DNA of 64,000 bases from an uncultured Thermoleophilaceae bacterium (lineage in GTDB: Bacteria > Actinomycetota > Thermoleophilia > Solirubrobacterales > Thermoleophilaceae), in assembly GCA_963819115.1 (NCBI GenBank), contig CAWFUR010000012.1, forward strand, positions 163,706 through 227,705, read 5' to 3'. This document shows, one piece after another, positions 53,591 through 62,562 of the stretch; within the stretch, counting starts at the first letter, position 1, and each line of letters opens with the position of its first letter. The notes under the pieces were generated by a model. The model saw only the letters and a program-made list of their open reading frames with translations, did not search any database and was not told the origin of the DNA. Position numbers and translations under genes: made by a program.

Positions 53591-54888
53591 TGAACATGCC
53601 GGTCGCGGCCGCCGTGGACAGCGGTGACACCGCGTGGATGCTCGCCGCGACCGCGCTGGTGCTGCTGATGACCCCCGCGCTCGGTCTCTTCTACGGAGGC
53701 CTGGTCCGGGCGAAGAACACGCTCAACACGTACATGATGTGCGTCGCGGCGATCGCCGTCGCCACCGTCACCTGGGCGCTGGTGGGCTACTCGTTCGCGT
53801 TCGACGAGGGCAACGGCTTCATCGGCGGGTTCGGGTACGCCTTCCTGCATGACGTGACCTTCGAGCCTCGCGCCGGATCCACGATCCCGCACCTGCTCTT
53901 CATGGCCTTCCAGGCCACCTTCTGCATCGTCACGGTCGCGCTCGTGTCGGGCGCCGTCGTGGAGCGAATGCGCTTCTCCGCGTTCCTCGTCTTCGCCGCG
54001 CTGTGGTCGGTGCTCGTCTATGCGGTCCTGGCGCACTGGGCGTTCGGTCCGGGCTGGCTCCTGAACCACGGAACGCTCGACTTCGCCGGTGGCGTGCCGG
54101 TGGAGATGGGGTCCGGCTTCTCCGCGCTGGCGGCCGCGCTCGTGGTCGGGGCACGCAAGGACTATGGCCGCCAGGCGCTTCTTCCCCACAACGCGGTGTA
54201 TGTGCTGCTGGGCGCGGGCCTACTGTGGTTCGGCTGGTTCGGCTTCAACGGCGGCAGCGGGTTCTCGACGGGGCACTCGAGCGTTCTGGCGTTCACGAAC
54301 ACGCTGCTCTGCCCCGCATGCACACTCGCGGTCTGGTTCCTGCTGGATGCGTTCCGCGACCGGCAGGTCACGGCCATCGGCGCTGCCACGGCGATCATCG
54401 TCGGGTGCGTCCTCATCACACCCGCCGGCGGCTTCATCAGCCCGGGGTGGGCGATGGCGCTCGGCGCATTCGGTGCGGTGCCGAGCTACACAATGGTGGT
54501 CTGGCGGCCGCGCACGAAGGTGGACGAGACGCTCGATGTGCTCGCCGCCCACGGCATCGCGGGCCTTACCGGCATCCTCTTCACCGGCTTCTTCGCCCAG
54601 CTCGCGTGGAACGGAGTCTCGAACGGGCTCGTGTACGGCGACGCCGGCCAACTCGGGTGGCAGGTCCTGGCCGTCCTCGCTGCCCCGACGTACGCCTTCA
54701 CGGTCACCTTCGTGCTTCTGCGAGCCATCGCTCTGGTCATGCCGCTCCGGGGCACGGAGCACGAGGAGGCACTGGGGATGGACGTGGTGCACCACGGCGA
54801 GGAGGCCTACGCCACCGGCGAGGGCGCGATCCTGGTCGGGCCGGAGGCGGGTTTCGAGGCCGACGTTCCGGCAGCCGGCACCTCCTAG
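53590..54888 (+). CDS. amt: ammonium transporter (Amt family)
   Basis: DTAWMLAATALVLLMTPALGLFYGGLVR, DFAGGVPVEMGSG and GAVPSY...HGIAGLTG blocks. The ATG overlaps the P-II stop (ATGA-type, 53588-53592). Confidence 0.9.
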   Translation: MNMPVAAAVDSGDTAWMLAATALVLLMTPALGLFYGGLVRAKNTLNTYMMCVAAIAVATVTWALVGYSFAFDEGNGFIGGFGYAFLHDVTFEPRAGSTIPHLLFMAFQATFCIVTVALVSGAVVERMRFSAFLVFAALWSVLVYAVLAHWAFGPGWLLNHGTLDFAGGVPVEMGSGFSALAAALVVGARKDYGRQALLPHNAVYVLLGAGLLWFGWFGFNGGSGFSTGHSSVLAFTNTLLCPACTLAVWFLLDAFRDRQVTAIGAATAIIVGCVLITPAGGFISPGWAMALGAFGAVPSYTMVVWRPRTKVDETLDVLAAHGIAGLTGILFTGFFAQLAWNGVSNGLVYGDAGQLGWQVLAVLAAPTYAFTVTFVLLRAIALVMPLRGTEHEEALGMDVVHHGEEAYATGEGAILVGPEAGFEADVPAAGTS

Positions 54889-54903
54889 CGGCAGCTCACC
54901 TCC

Positions 54904-55113
54904 CTACGTCGGGTACACGACCTCACCGTTTTCTTCGTCGACCACGGTGATTGCGCCCGCGGGACAGGCGCGCGCGGCCGCGAGAATCAGATCGGGCGGT
55001 CCCTCGCCGATCACCGTGGCCACGTCGTCCACCTGAAAGACGCCGGGCGCCACCAGGGCGCAGTCGCCATGGGCCATGCAGAGGTTCTCATCGATCAGCG
55101 GTCGGTAGGGCAT
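54904..55113 (-). CDS. ferredoxin (69 aa), paralogue of 32895-33101
   Basis: CMAHGDCALVAPGVF...ARACPAGAI. Confidence 0.85.
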   Translation of the reverse strand: MPYRPLIDENLCMAHGDCALVAPGVFQVDDVATVIGEGPPDLILAAARACPAGAITVVDEENGEVVYPT

Positions 55114-56317
55114 GGTTGTCTCCTTGCTCGGGTTGGGGTTGCTCTGGGGGATCAAGGGTCCGGCGCCATGCGGCGAGCGCCTGGGGGCGGCCGACGAGCA
55201 GCGCGGCGACCGGGCGCCCTGCGCGCTTCCAGACCGCGGTGAAGTCCCTCGCATCGGGATCGCCGTCGATCACGAGCGCGTCGCCGGGCCTGTGGCGGCC
55301 GACGTACTGGAAGCGGCTGCCGTACTGATCGCTCCAGAAGGTCGCCAGGGGGGCGCGCGGAGGCGTCACGTCCAGCGCCGCGTGAGCCGCGAGCCGGGCC
55401 TGGCGCACGGCCGACTCCCAGTGCTCCCCGCGCACGTGACCGTTCAGCGCGGGGTCGTAGGTCGACGCGGCATCCCCGGCGGCCAGGACGCCCTCGGCGG
55501 CCGTGCGTCCGAAGGGGTCGACGCGCACGCCGCCCTCACTCTCGAGCCCGCTTCCGGCGAGCCAGTCGGTGCTGGGCCGGACCCCGACTCCTATCACCAC
55601 CGCGTCGCACTCCACCGGCGCGCGACCCTCGAGCTCGATGCGCTCCACCCGGCCGTTGCCCGAGAAGCCCTTGATGCGCGCCCCCAGCTCGAGCGCCACG
55701 CCCTCGTCTCGGTGGAGCCGTGCGAACCATGTTCCGAGCGTCTCCCCGAGAATGGCGGCCAAAGGCGCGGGAGCCGCTTCTATCAACGTCACATGGGCGC
55801 CCAGCCGGCGGGCCGTGGCGGCCACCTCGAGCCCGATGAAGCCGGCGCCGACAATCGCGATTCGCCGCCCGCGCCGGACGACGTCGCGCAGGGCACGAGC
55901 GTCGTCCAGCGTTCGGAGCGTGTGCACGTTGGCGAAGGAGTGAGCTCCCGGCAGGTGCCTTGGCTCGCTGCCGGTCGCGATCAGGAGCCACCTGAACCGC
56001 AGCTCCTCCCCGGCGTCCAGGGTCACGCTGCGCGCTGCGAGGTCGAGGCCTTCAGCGCGCCTGCCGAGAACGAGGTCCACGTCGTTGTCGGCGTACCACC
56101 GATCCGGGCGCAGGTACACGCTCTCGGGATCGATGTCTCCCGCCAGGATCTCCTTCGACAGTGGGGGACGGTCGTAGGGGCGCACGCGCTCGGCGCAGAC
56201 CATGCGAATCGGACCGTCGTGGCCGCGCCGGCGAAGGGATTCGCAGAAGCGCTGCCCCGCCAGGCCGCCGCCAACGACCACCACCTCTCCCTGTCGTTCG
56301 CTGGCGCTGCGCGTCAT
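55088..56317 (-). CDS. FAD-dependent ferredoxin reductase, paralogue of 33098-34294
   Basis: VVVVGGGLAGQRF, IAIVGAGFIGLEVA and LAAGD. ATG at 56317. The 3' end overlaps the ferredoxin start by 26 nt. Confidence 0.85.
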   Translation of the reverse strand: MTRSASERQGEVVVVGGGLAGQRFCESLRRRGHDGPIRMVCAERVRPYDRPPLSKEILAGDIDPESVYLRPDRWYADNDVDLVLGRRAEGLDLAARSVTLDAGEELRFRWLLIATGSEPRHLPGAHSFANVHTLRTLDDARALRDVVRRGRRIAIVGAGFIGLEVAATARRLGAHVTLIEAAPAPLAAILGETLGTWFARLHRDEGVALELGARIKGFSGNGRVERIELEGRAPVECDAVVIGVGVRPSTDWLAGSGLESEGGVRVDPFGRTAAEGVLAAGDAASTYDPALNGHVRGEHWESAVRQARLAAHAALDVTPPRAPLATFWSDQYGSRFQYVGRHRPGDALVIDGDPDARDFTAVWKRAGRPVAALLVGRPQALAAWRRTLDPPEQPQPEQGDNHALPTADR

Positions 56318-56417
56318 GCCGCAGACCTTGGCGCCGGTGCCTGAGCGAAAGGTCAAGCGGGCATGTGAACTTCCTGAGAGTCCTTCCGCTCGGCGAAGGC
56401 CGCGATAGGCTCGCGCG

Positions 56418-56843
56418 GTGCGCAGAGTCTTCGTGTTGACGGTCGCGGGGGTCGTGGCGGTGGCGGTGCTGATTCAGGCGGTCCCCTACGGCCGCGCTCA
56501 CACGAATCCGCCCGTGACCGCGGAGCCGAAGTGGGACAGCCCTCGCACCCGGGCCCTCGCCGTGGACGCGTGCTTCGCCTGTCACAGCAATCAGACGCGC
56601 TGGCCCTGGTACTCCAGTGTCGCGCCCGTGTCCTGGCTGACCCAGCACGATGTGGACGAGGGAAGAAGGATTCTCAACTTCTCCGAATGGGATCGCCCCC
56701 AGCGGGCGGGCGAGGCGAGCGAGGCGGTGAGCGAGGGCTCGATGCCGCCCTGGCAGTTCAAGGTCCTTCATCCCGAGGCGCGCCTTTCGGACGCCGAGAA
56801 GCGGCAGCTCATCCACGGATTGCAGGCAACCCTCGGGGGTTAG
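56418..56843 (+). CDS. heme-binding domain-containing protein (Haem_bd-like, CxxCH)
   Basis: TM/signal helix, CFACHSNQTRWPWYSSVAPVSWL and EGSMPPWQF blocks. Confidence 0.75.
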   Translation: MRRVFVLTVAGVVAVAVLIQAVPYGRAHTNPPVTAEPKWDSPRTRALAVDACFACHSNQTRWPWYSSVAPVSWLTQHDVDEGRRILNFSEWDRPQRAGEASEAVSEGSMPPWQFKVLHPEARLSDAEKRQLIHGLQATLGG

Positions 56844-57083
56844 TACCGGAGTGCCGCCGCGGCACTCACGTCCGCGGCGTGCCCGAACGGCACGTTCTGC
56901 GAGCAGGCGATGCCTGCCGCGGGAAGCGCGCCCGTGATGAGATAGCCAGGTGGGTTCGCGGCGTCCCTGCCAGAGCGATACCCGAACGCTAGACCCCGGT
57001 TGAACCAAGAAGCAACCCCCGGTCTGAACCTGGGGGCCCTTCAGACCCGATGAATTTCACGCGCCCGCGTGGTCTGATTGGGC

Positions 57084-57533
57084 ATGAGATTCCACGCCAC
57101 AATCGAGCTCAACGGGAAGACGGCCACCGGCATCCGGGTTCCGGTGGAGGTGGTGGACGGGCTCGGCGCAGGTCGGAAGCCCGCCGTCCTGGTCACTATC
57201 GCCGGATACACCTACCGGAGCACCATCGCCACTCGCGGCGATCGCTACCTGGTGGGAGTCAGCGCCGAGAACCGCGCCGGTGCGGGAGTGGCCGCCGGGG
57301 ACGAGGTGGAGGTGGAGATCCAGCTCGACACCGAGCCGCGGGAGATCACCGTGCCGCCCGACCTCGCGGAGGCGCTCGAGGCCGACGCGCGGGCGCGGCA
57401 GTTCTTTGACGGGCTCTCGTACAGCCAGAAGCGCTGGTACGTCGAGCCGATCGATCAGGCCAAGAAGCCCGAGACGCGTGAGCGGAGGGTGGCCAAGGCG
57501 GTGGAGATGCTGAAGGCGGGCCGCAGGCGCTGA
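57084..57533 (+). CDS. DUF1905 / YdeI-OmpD-associated family protein
   Basis: MRFHATIELNGKTATGIRVP... (DUF1905) plus SYSQKRWYVEPIDQAKKPETRERRVAKAVEML (YdeI C-terminus). Confidence 0.75.
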   Translation: MRFHATIELNGKTATGIRVPVEVVDGLGAGRKPAVLVTIAGYTYRSTIATRGDRYLVGVSAENRAGAGVAAGDEVEVEIQLDTEPREITVPPDLAEALEADARARQFFDGLSYSQKRWYVEPIDQAKKPETRERRVAKAVEMLKAGRRR

Positions 57534-57611
57534 GCACCACCACATCGAATCAGTGGTTTGCCGCAGCCGGCGGAGGGTGATTCCCGCTCCGGCCTGACCT
57601 GCGGGGCGCCG

Positions 57612-58775
57612 ATGCCCGAGGCAATGGAGCCCAATCACGAGTTCGATTTCGCCGCGGCGCTCGATCGCCTCGTGGAGGCGGGTGGGTCCGACCTGCACAT
57701 CAAGGCCGGAAACCGCCCCCTCATCCGCGTCCACGGGAAGCTCGAATGGCTCGACGCGACCACCCCGACCCTCACTCCCGCCGACACCGAGAGCGTCCTG
57801 CACGATCTTCTCACCGAGTCACGGATCAAGGAGTTCGAGGCTTCCCATGAGATCGACGCCGCGTATTCGGTGCCCGGGCTCGCCCGCTTTCGGCTGAATG
57901 CCTACCTCCAGCGCGGATCCGTTTCGATTGTGCTGCGCGTGATCCCGCAGGCCATCCAGTCAGTCGCAGACCTCGGTCTCCCCGAGGTGGTGGGGCGCCT
58001 GGCACAGGAGGACCGCGGGATCGTGCTCGTCTCCGGCACGACCGGGTGCGGGAAGTCCACCACGCTGGCGGCGATGATCGGCCAGATCAACGCCACCTCG
58101 CGCAAGCACATCGTCACGATCGAGGACCCGATCGAGTACCTGCATCACGACGACAGATCGTCGATCGACCAGCGCGAGGTGGGAAGCGACACGGAGTCCT
58201 TCCAGACCGCCCTGCGCCGGGTCCTGCGCCAGGACCCGGACGTGATCCTGATCGGCGAGATGCGGGACGAGGAGACCGTTCGCACCGCTCTCTCAGCGGC
58301 CGAGACCGGCCATCTCGTCCTTTCCACCCTCCACACGGTCGACGCGACCGAGACCGTCAACCGCATCCTGGACTTCTTCCCGCCCCACGAGAAGCAGCCG
58401 ATCCGGGCCATGCTCGCAGGCACTCTCAAGGGCATCGTGTCCCAGCGCCTGGTCCCCGCCGCCAAGGGTGGGGGCCGGGTGCCGATCTGCGAGGTCTTCA
58501 CCATGACCGGCCGGGGTCACGACATGATCCTGGACCCGGAGCAGACAGATCACCTCACCGACGTGATCGGGGACGGTGACTACTACGGGATGCAGACCTT
58601 CGACCAGGCGCTCTACCAGGCGGTCACGCGCGGGGATGTGTCGATGGAGGACGCGCTGGCCTACGCCAGCCGGCCGCACGACCTGAAGCTCCTCGTGGCG
58701 GCTGACGGGCACCTCGCCACCACCATGGACGACGTGTACGTGAACCGCGCTCGCCCGGCCGTGCCCGCGCAGTAG
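57612..58775 (+). CDS. pilT: type IV pilus retraction ATPase PilT-like
   Basis: GSDLHIKAGNRPLIRVHG, Walker A GTTGCGKSTT, ILIGEMRD and GHLVLSTLHT. Confidence 0.85.
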   Translation: MPEAMEPNHEFDFAAALDRLVEAGGSDLHIKAGNRPLIRVHGKLEWLDATTPTLTPADTESVLHDLLTESRIKEFEASHEIDAAYSVPGLARFRLNAYLQRGSVSIVLRVIPQAIQSVADLGLPEVVGRLAQEDRGIVLVSGTTGCGKSTTLAAMIGQINATSRKHIVTIEDPIEYLHHDDRSSIDQREVGSDTESFQTALRRVLRQDPDVILIGEMRDEETVRTALSAAETGHLVLSTLHTVDATETVNRILDFFPPHEKQPIRAMLAGTLKGIVSQRLVPAAKGGGRVPICEVFTMTGRGHDMILDPEQTDHLTDVIGDGDYYGMQTFDQALYQAVTRGDVSMEDALAYASRPHDLKLLVAADGHLATTMDDVYVNRARPAVPAQ

Positions 58776-58863
58776 CTCCGCCCGACCGCGGTGAGTGTGT
58801 CTGAGGGGAGGGCCGGAAGGGCTGAGATGTCTTCACCTGAACGGCACCCTCGGCTCGCGGCGC

Positions 58864-59334
58864 CTAGGGCTTGAACACCATCAGGCCGAGGATCGCGAGG
58901 ACGGCGAGTGCTGAGGCGTAGTTGAGCGCGCGTGAGAGCGGGTCGTCGAGGAGGCGGCGCAGCTCCGGGTCCGATGGCGCGTGGTCGGAGGCAAGCCTCG
59001 TGGCGAGCACCCGCGCCTGACGGGGGCGCCGGCCGCCGGCCCCGCCGAGCACGACGGCGGCAGCGAAGAGCGCCAGCGAGGCCTCGACCCAGCCGGCGTC
59101 GTATCCAAACCCGCCCAGATGAACGAGCCACAGCCCGAAGGCGAGAACCAGGACCGCCCCCGAGGCTACGAGCAGCGCGCCGATGCGGGCGAGGCTGAGG
59201 AGCAATGCGATCTCGGCCGGCCCGTCGCGGCGGCGCGCGAGCTCGAAGGGAGTCCCGGCGAGCACGATCCCGGACACAAAGAGCAGTACGCCGACGAGGT
59301 GGCCGAACAGCGCGACGGTGTAGGACGTGACCAT
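58864..59334 (-). CDS. DUF2269-type integral membrane protein
   Basis: Four TM helices; FGHLVGVLLFVSGIVLAG. ATG at 59334. Confidence 0.6.
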   Translation of the reverse strand: MVTSYTVALFGHLVGVLLFVSGIVLAGTPFELARRRDGPAEIALLLSLARIGALLVASGAVLVLAFGLWLVHLGGFGYDAGWVEASLALFAAAVVLGGAGGRRPRQARVLATRLASDHAPSDPELRRLLDDPLSRALNYASALAVLAILGLMVFKP

Positions 59335-59374
59335 GGGCGAACATGATTCTCGACCGGCCACGTATAACCGGGGC

Positions 59375-60286
59375 ATGAGCCCAGAAGATGCCCCCACGTA
59401 CGAGACGCTGCTCTACGGCGTCGACCGCCCGCTGGCCACCATCACGCTCAACCGCCCCGAGCAGCTGAACACGATCGTGCCGCCGATGCCCGACGAGGTG
59501 GAGGCGGCCGTGGGCCGGGCGATACGCGATTCGGCGGTGAAGGTGATCGTGATTCGGGGCGCGGGTCGCGCGTTCTGCGCGGGGTACGACTTCAGCGGCG
59601 GGTTCCACCACTGGGCCGAGGGTCTCGAGACCGATGGCCGCTGGGATCCGGGTAAGGACTTCGCCATGGCCACGTCGCCCGAGGTGTCGCCGACGCAGAA
59701 GTTCATGAGCGTGTGGCGCTCGCCGAAGCCGGTGATCGCGCAGGTGCACGGCTGGTGCGTGGGCGGCGGCAGCGACTTCGCGCTCTGCGCGGACCTGGTG
59801 GTGGCCAGCGAGGACGCGGTGCTCGGCACGCCCTACAGCCGCATGTGGGGCTCCTACCTGTCCGGGATGTGGCTGTACCGCCTAGGCCTGACCAAGGCCA
59901 AGGAGCATGCCCTGACCGGACGGCCGCTCAACGGGCGGCAGGCCGCCGACGCCGGCCTCATCAACCAGGCCGTGCCGTTCGCGGAGCTCGAGTCCACGGT
60001 GGCGGCGCTGGCCGCCGACCTGGCGAGCATCCCGTCCTCGCAGCTCGCGGCGATGAAGCTGATCGTGAACCAGGCCTACGAGAACATGGGCCTGGCCTCC
60101 ACGCAGGCGCTGGGCCCGATCCTCGATGGGCTGATGCGCAACACACCCGATGCCCTTAGCTTCATTGAGAAGGCCGAGCGAGAGGGTGTGCGCAGCGTGG
60201 TGGCCGAGCGCGACGGGCGCTTCGGCGACTACTCCCAGGCGCCGGCCGAGCTTCGCCCCGATCCCTCGCACGTGATCGTCCCGTAG
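59375..60286 (+). CDS. enoyl-CoA hydratase/isomerase (crotonase) family protein
   Basis: ITLNRPEQLN, GAGRAFCAGYD and VHGWCVGGG blocks. Confidence 0.85.
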   Translation: MSPEDAPTYETLLYGVDRPLATITLNRPEQLNTIVPPMPDEVEAAVGRAIRDSAVKVIVIRGAGRAFCAGYDFSGGFHHWAEGLETDGRWDPGKDFAMATSPEVSPTQKFMSVWRSPKPVIAQVHGWCVGGGSDFALCADLVVASEDAVLGTPYSRMWGSYLSGMWLYRLGLTKAKEHALTGRPLNGRQAADAGLINQAVPFAELESTVAALAADLASIPSSQLAAMKLIVNQAYENMGLASTQALGPILDGLMRNTPDALSFIEKAEREGVRSVVAERDGRFGDYSQAPAELRPDPSHVIVP

Positions 60287-60306
60287 GCGACTAGCATCTA
60301 AAGGCG

Positions 60307-60786
60307 ATGGCTGTTCACGTACAGGAGCCGGTGACCGAGACCTCATCGCCCGTCTGTCTGGCTGGCAACCTCGGCTGGCTGCTGGATCAGGTGCAGAACA
60401 CGCTGGCCGCGGAGCTGGCGGTGGCGCTCGAGCCGCTGGGCCTGGCGTCGCGTGGGTACTGCGTGCTGGCCGCCGCCACGGAGGCGGACCGGACACAGAT
60501 CGAGCTGGCCAACCTGGTGGGCCTCGACAAGACCACCATGACCGTCACCGTGGACCGGCTGGAAGCGGCCGGGCTGGCCCGGCGCACGCCTCTCAGCACC
60601 GACCGGCGCGTGAAGGTCGTGACCGTCACCCCCGCCGGGGCGCGGCGGGTGGCCGAGGCCCGCGAGGTGATCGAGCAGGTCCAGGCGGACGTGCTCGCCC
60701 GGCTCCCGTCCGGGCAGCGTGACGCCCTCATGAAGGGGCTCGCCCGGCTCGTGACGGAGCCGTTTCCCTGCGCCGCTCCGGGATAG
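60307..60786 (+). CDS. MarR family transcriptional regulator
   Basis: YCVLAAATEADRTQIELANLVGLDKTTMTVTVDRLEAAGLARR winged helix. Confidence 0.85.
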   Translation: MAVHVQEPVTETSSPVCLAGNLGWLLDQVQNTLAAELAVALEPLGLASRGYCVLAAATEADRTQIELANLVGLDKTTMTVTVDRLEAAGLARRTPLSTDRRVKVVTVTPAGARRVAEAREVIEQVQADVLARLPSGQRDALMKGLARLVTEPFPCAAPG

Positions 60787-60838
60787 ATCGTCCCGACCAG
60801 GATGATTTACAAAAGTAAATCGTCCCGACCAAGATGAT
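60787..60838. promoter_or_regulatory. two 20-nt direct repeats (19/20) flanking an AT-rich palindrome ATTTAC-aaaa-GTAAAT
   Basis: atcgtcccgaccaggatgat lies at 60787-60806 and atcgtcccgaccaagatgat at 60819-60838, with a 32-bp period. The site is between marR and the MFS gene. Confidence 0.6.
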
Positions 60839-60855
60839 CTGCTACGGTCCGGTCT

Positions 60856-62394
60856 GTGACCGAGTCCGTCACACATCTCACGCAGGGAGCACACGAGGGA
60901 GGAGCGGAGCCCGGGCGGTGGCCGGGCGAGCACCGGACCCTTCCGGACCGGAGGCGCTGGACCGCGCTCTACGTCCTCTGCGTCGGAATGCTCATGATCA
61001 TCCTGGACTCGACCGTGGTGAACGTGGCGCTGCCGTCGATCCAGAGCGACCTGGACTTCACGCAGTCCGGCCTGGCATGGGTCATGAACGCGTACCTGAT
61101 CGCGTTCGGCGGCCTCCTCCTCCTCGCCGGCCGCCTGGGGGACCTCGTCGGGCGCAAGTCCGTGTTCATGATCGGGCTCGCGGTGTTCACCACCGCATCG
61201 TTCGTCTGCGGCATGGCCCAGAGCTCCGAGGTCCTGGTGGGCGCGCGCTTCATCCAGGGAGTCGGCGGCGCGCTTACCTCGGCCGTGATCCTCGGCATGA
61301 TCGTCGCGATGTTCCCTGAGCCCCGTGAGCAGGCCAAGGCGATCGGCGTCTACAGCTTCGTGGCCTCCGCCGGTGCGTCCATCGGACTGCTCGCGGGCGG
61401 CGTGCTCACGCAGGCCATCAACTGGCACTGGATCTTCTTCGTGAACCTGCCCATCGGCGTGGCCACCGCGTTCGCGGCGTCCCGCCTGGTGCAGCGCGAC
61501 CAGGGTCTCGGACTCCGCCGCGGAGCCGACGCGCTCGGCGCGGTGCTGGTCACCGGCGCTCTGATGCTGGCCGTGTACACGATCGTCGGCGCCGGCGACC
61601 ACGGCTGGGCCTCCGGGCGTACGCTCGGGCTGGGCGCGGTGTCGCTGGGCCTCCTGAGCGCCTTCGTCGTCCGCGAGTCCCGCACCGAGAACCCGCTGAT
61701 GCCGCTGCGCATCTTCCGCTCGCGCAACGTGTCGGGAGCCAACCTGGTGCAGATCCTGATGGTGGCCGGGCTGTTCGGCATGTTCTTCCTCGGCGCTCTC
61801 TACCTCCAGCGGGTGCTGGGCTATGACGCGGTGCAGACCGGCGTGGCCTTCCTGCCCGTGTCGGTGGGCATCGGCGTCCTGTCGCTCGGGTTCTCCGCGC
61901 GGCTCATGGCCCACTTCGGCGAGAAGGCCACGCTGATCCCGGGACTGGGACTGATCGCGCTCGGCCTGCTCTGGTTCTCGCGCGCGCCGGTGGATGGCAG
62001 CTACCCGGTGGACGTGCTTCCCGCCATGCTGCCGATCGGCGTCGGGGCCGGCCTGGCCTTCCCGGCCATGATGACCCTCGCCATGTCGGGAGCCACGCGG
62101 GCCGACGCCGGACTGGCCTCGGGCCTCGTGAACACCACTCAGCAGATGGGCGGCGCATTGGGCCTGGCGGTGCTGGTCACGCTCTCGACCGGTCGCACGG
62201 ACAACCTCCTGGCCGGTGGCGAGTCCACGGCCAAGGCGCTCACGGACGGGTACCGCCTGGCCTTCGCCATCGCCGCCGGCCTGGTGGTGGCGGCGCTTGG
62301 GGTGGCCGCCACGGTGCTTCGTCCCGCGGCGGAGGTCGTGGCCGAAGAGCTGCCTGAGACCGACGCGGAGCCCGCCTATTCGCAGGCGGCGTAA
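60856..62394 (+). CDS. MFS transporter, DHA2 (EmrB/QacA, 14-TMS) drug-efflux family
   Basis: LDSTVVNVALPSI, the motif-A-like GRLGDLVGRK, and about 14 hydrophobic segments. GTG start. Confidence 0.85.
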   Translation: MTESVTHLTQGAHEGGAEPGRWPGEHRTLPDRRRWTALYVLCVGMLMIILDSTVVNVALPSIQSDLDFTQSGLAWVMNAYLIAFGGLLLLAGRLGDLVGRKSVFMIGLAVFTTASFVCGMAQSSEVLVGARFIQGVGGALTSAVILGMIVAMFPEPREQAKAIGVYSFVASAGASIGLLAGGVLTQAINWHWIFFVNLPIGVATAFAASRLVQRDQGLGLRRGADALGAVLVTGALMLAVYTIVGAGDHGWASGRTLGLGAVSLGLLSAFVVRESRTENPLMPLRIFRSRNVSGANLVQILMVAGLFGMFFLGALYLQRVLGYDAVQTGVAFLPVSVGIGVLSLGFSARLMAHFGEKATLIPGLGLIALGLLWFSRAPVDGSYPVDVLPAMLPIGVGAGLAFPAMMTLAMSGATRADAGLASGLVNTTQQMGGALGLAVLVTLSTGRTDNLLAGGESTAKALTDGYRLAFAIAAGLVVAALGVAATVLRPAAEVVAEELPETDAEPAYSQAA

Positions 62395-62398
62395 CCGC

Positions 62399-62554
62399 TC
62401 AGCCGGGCGAGTGGCACACGGCTTCGATGTTGTGCCCGTCGGGGTCGAGCACGAAGGCCCCGTAGTAGTTGGGGTGATAGATCTCGCGTACGCCGGGGGC
62501 GCCGTTGTCGCGGCCCCCGGCGGCGAGGGCTGCCTCGACGATGTGGTCGAGCAC
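62399..62554 (-). pseudogene. VOC-family C-terminal fragment (51 codons)
   Basis: Reads [51 protein letters not shown]-stop. The matching end of 48278-49018 reads ...[26 protein letters not shown]. Confidence 0.65.
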
Positions 62555-62562
62555 GGGCGGCG

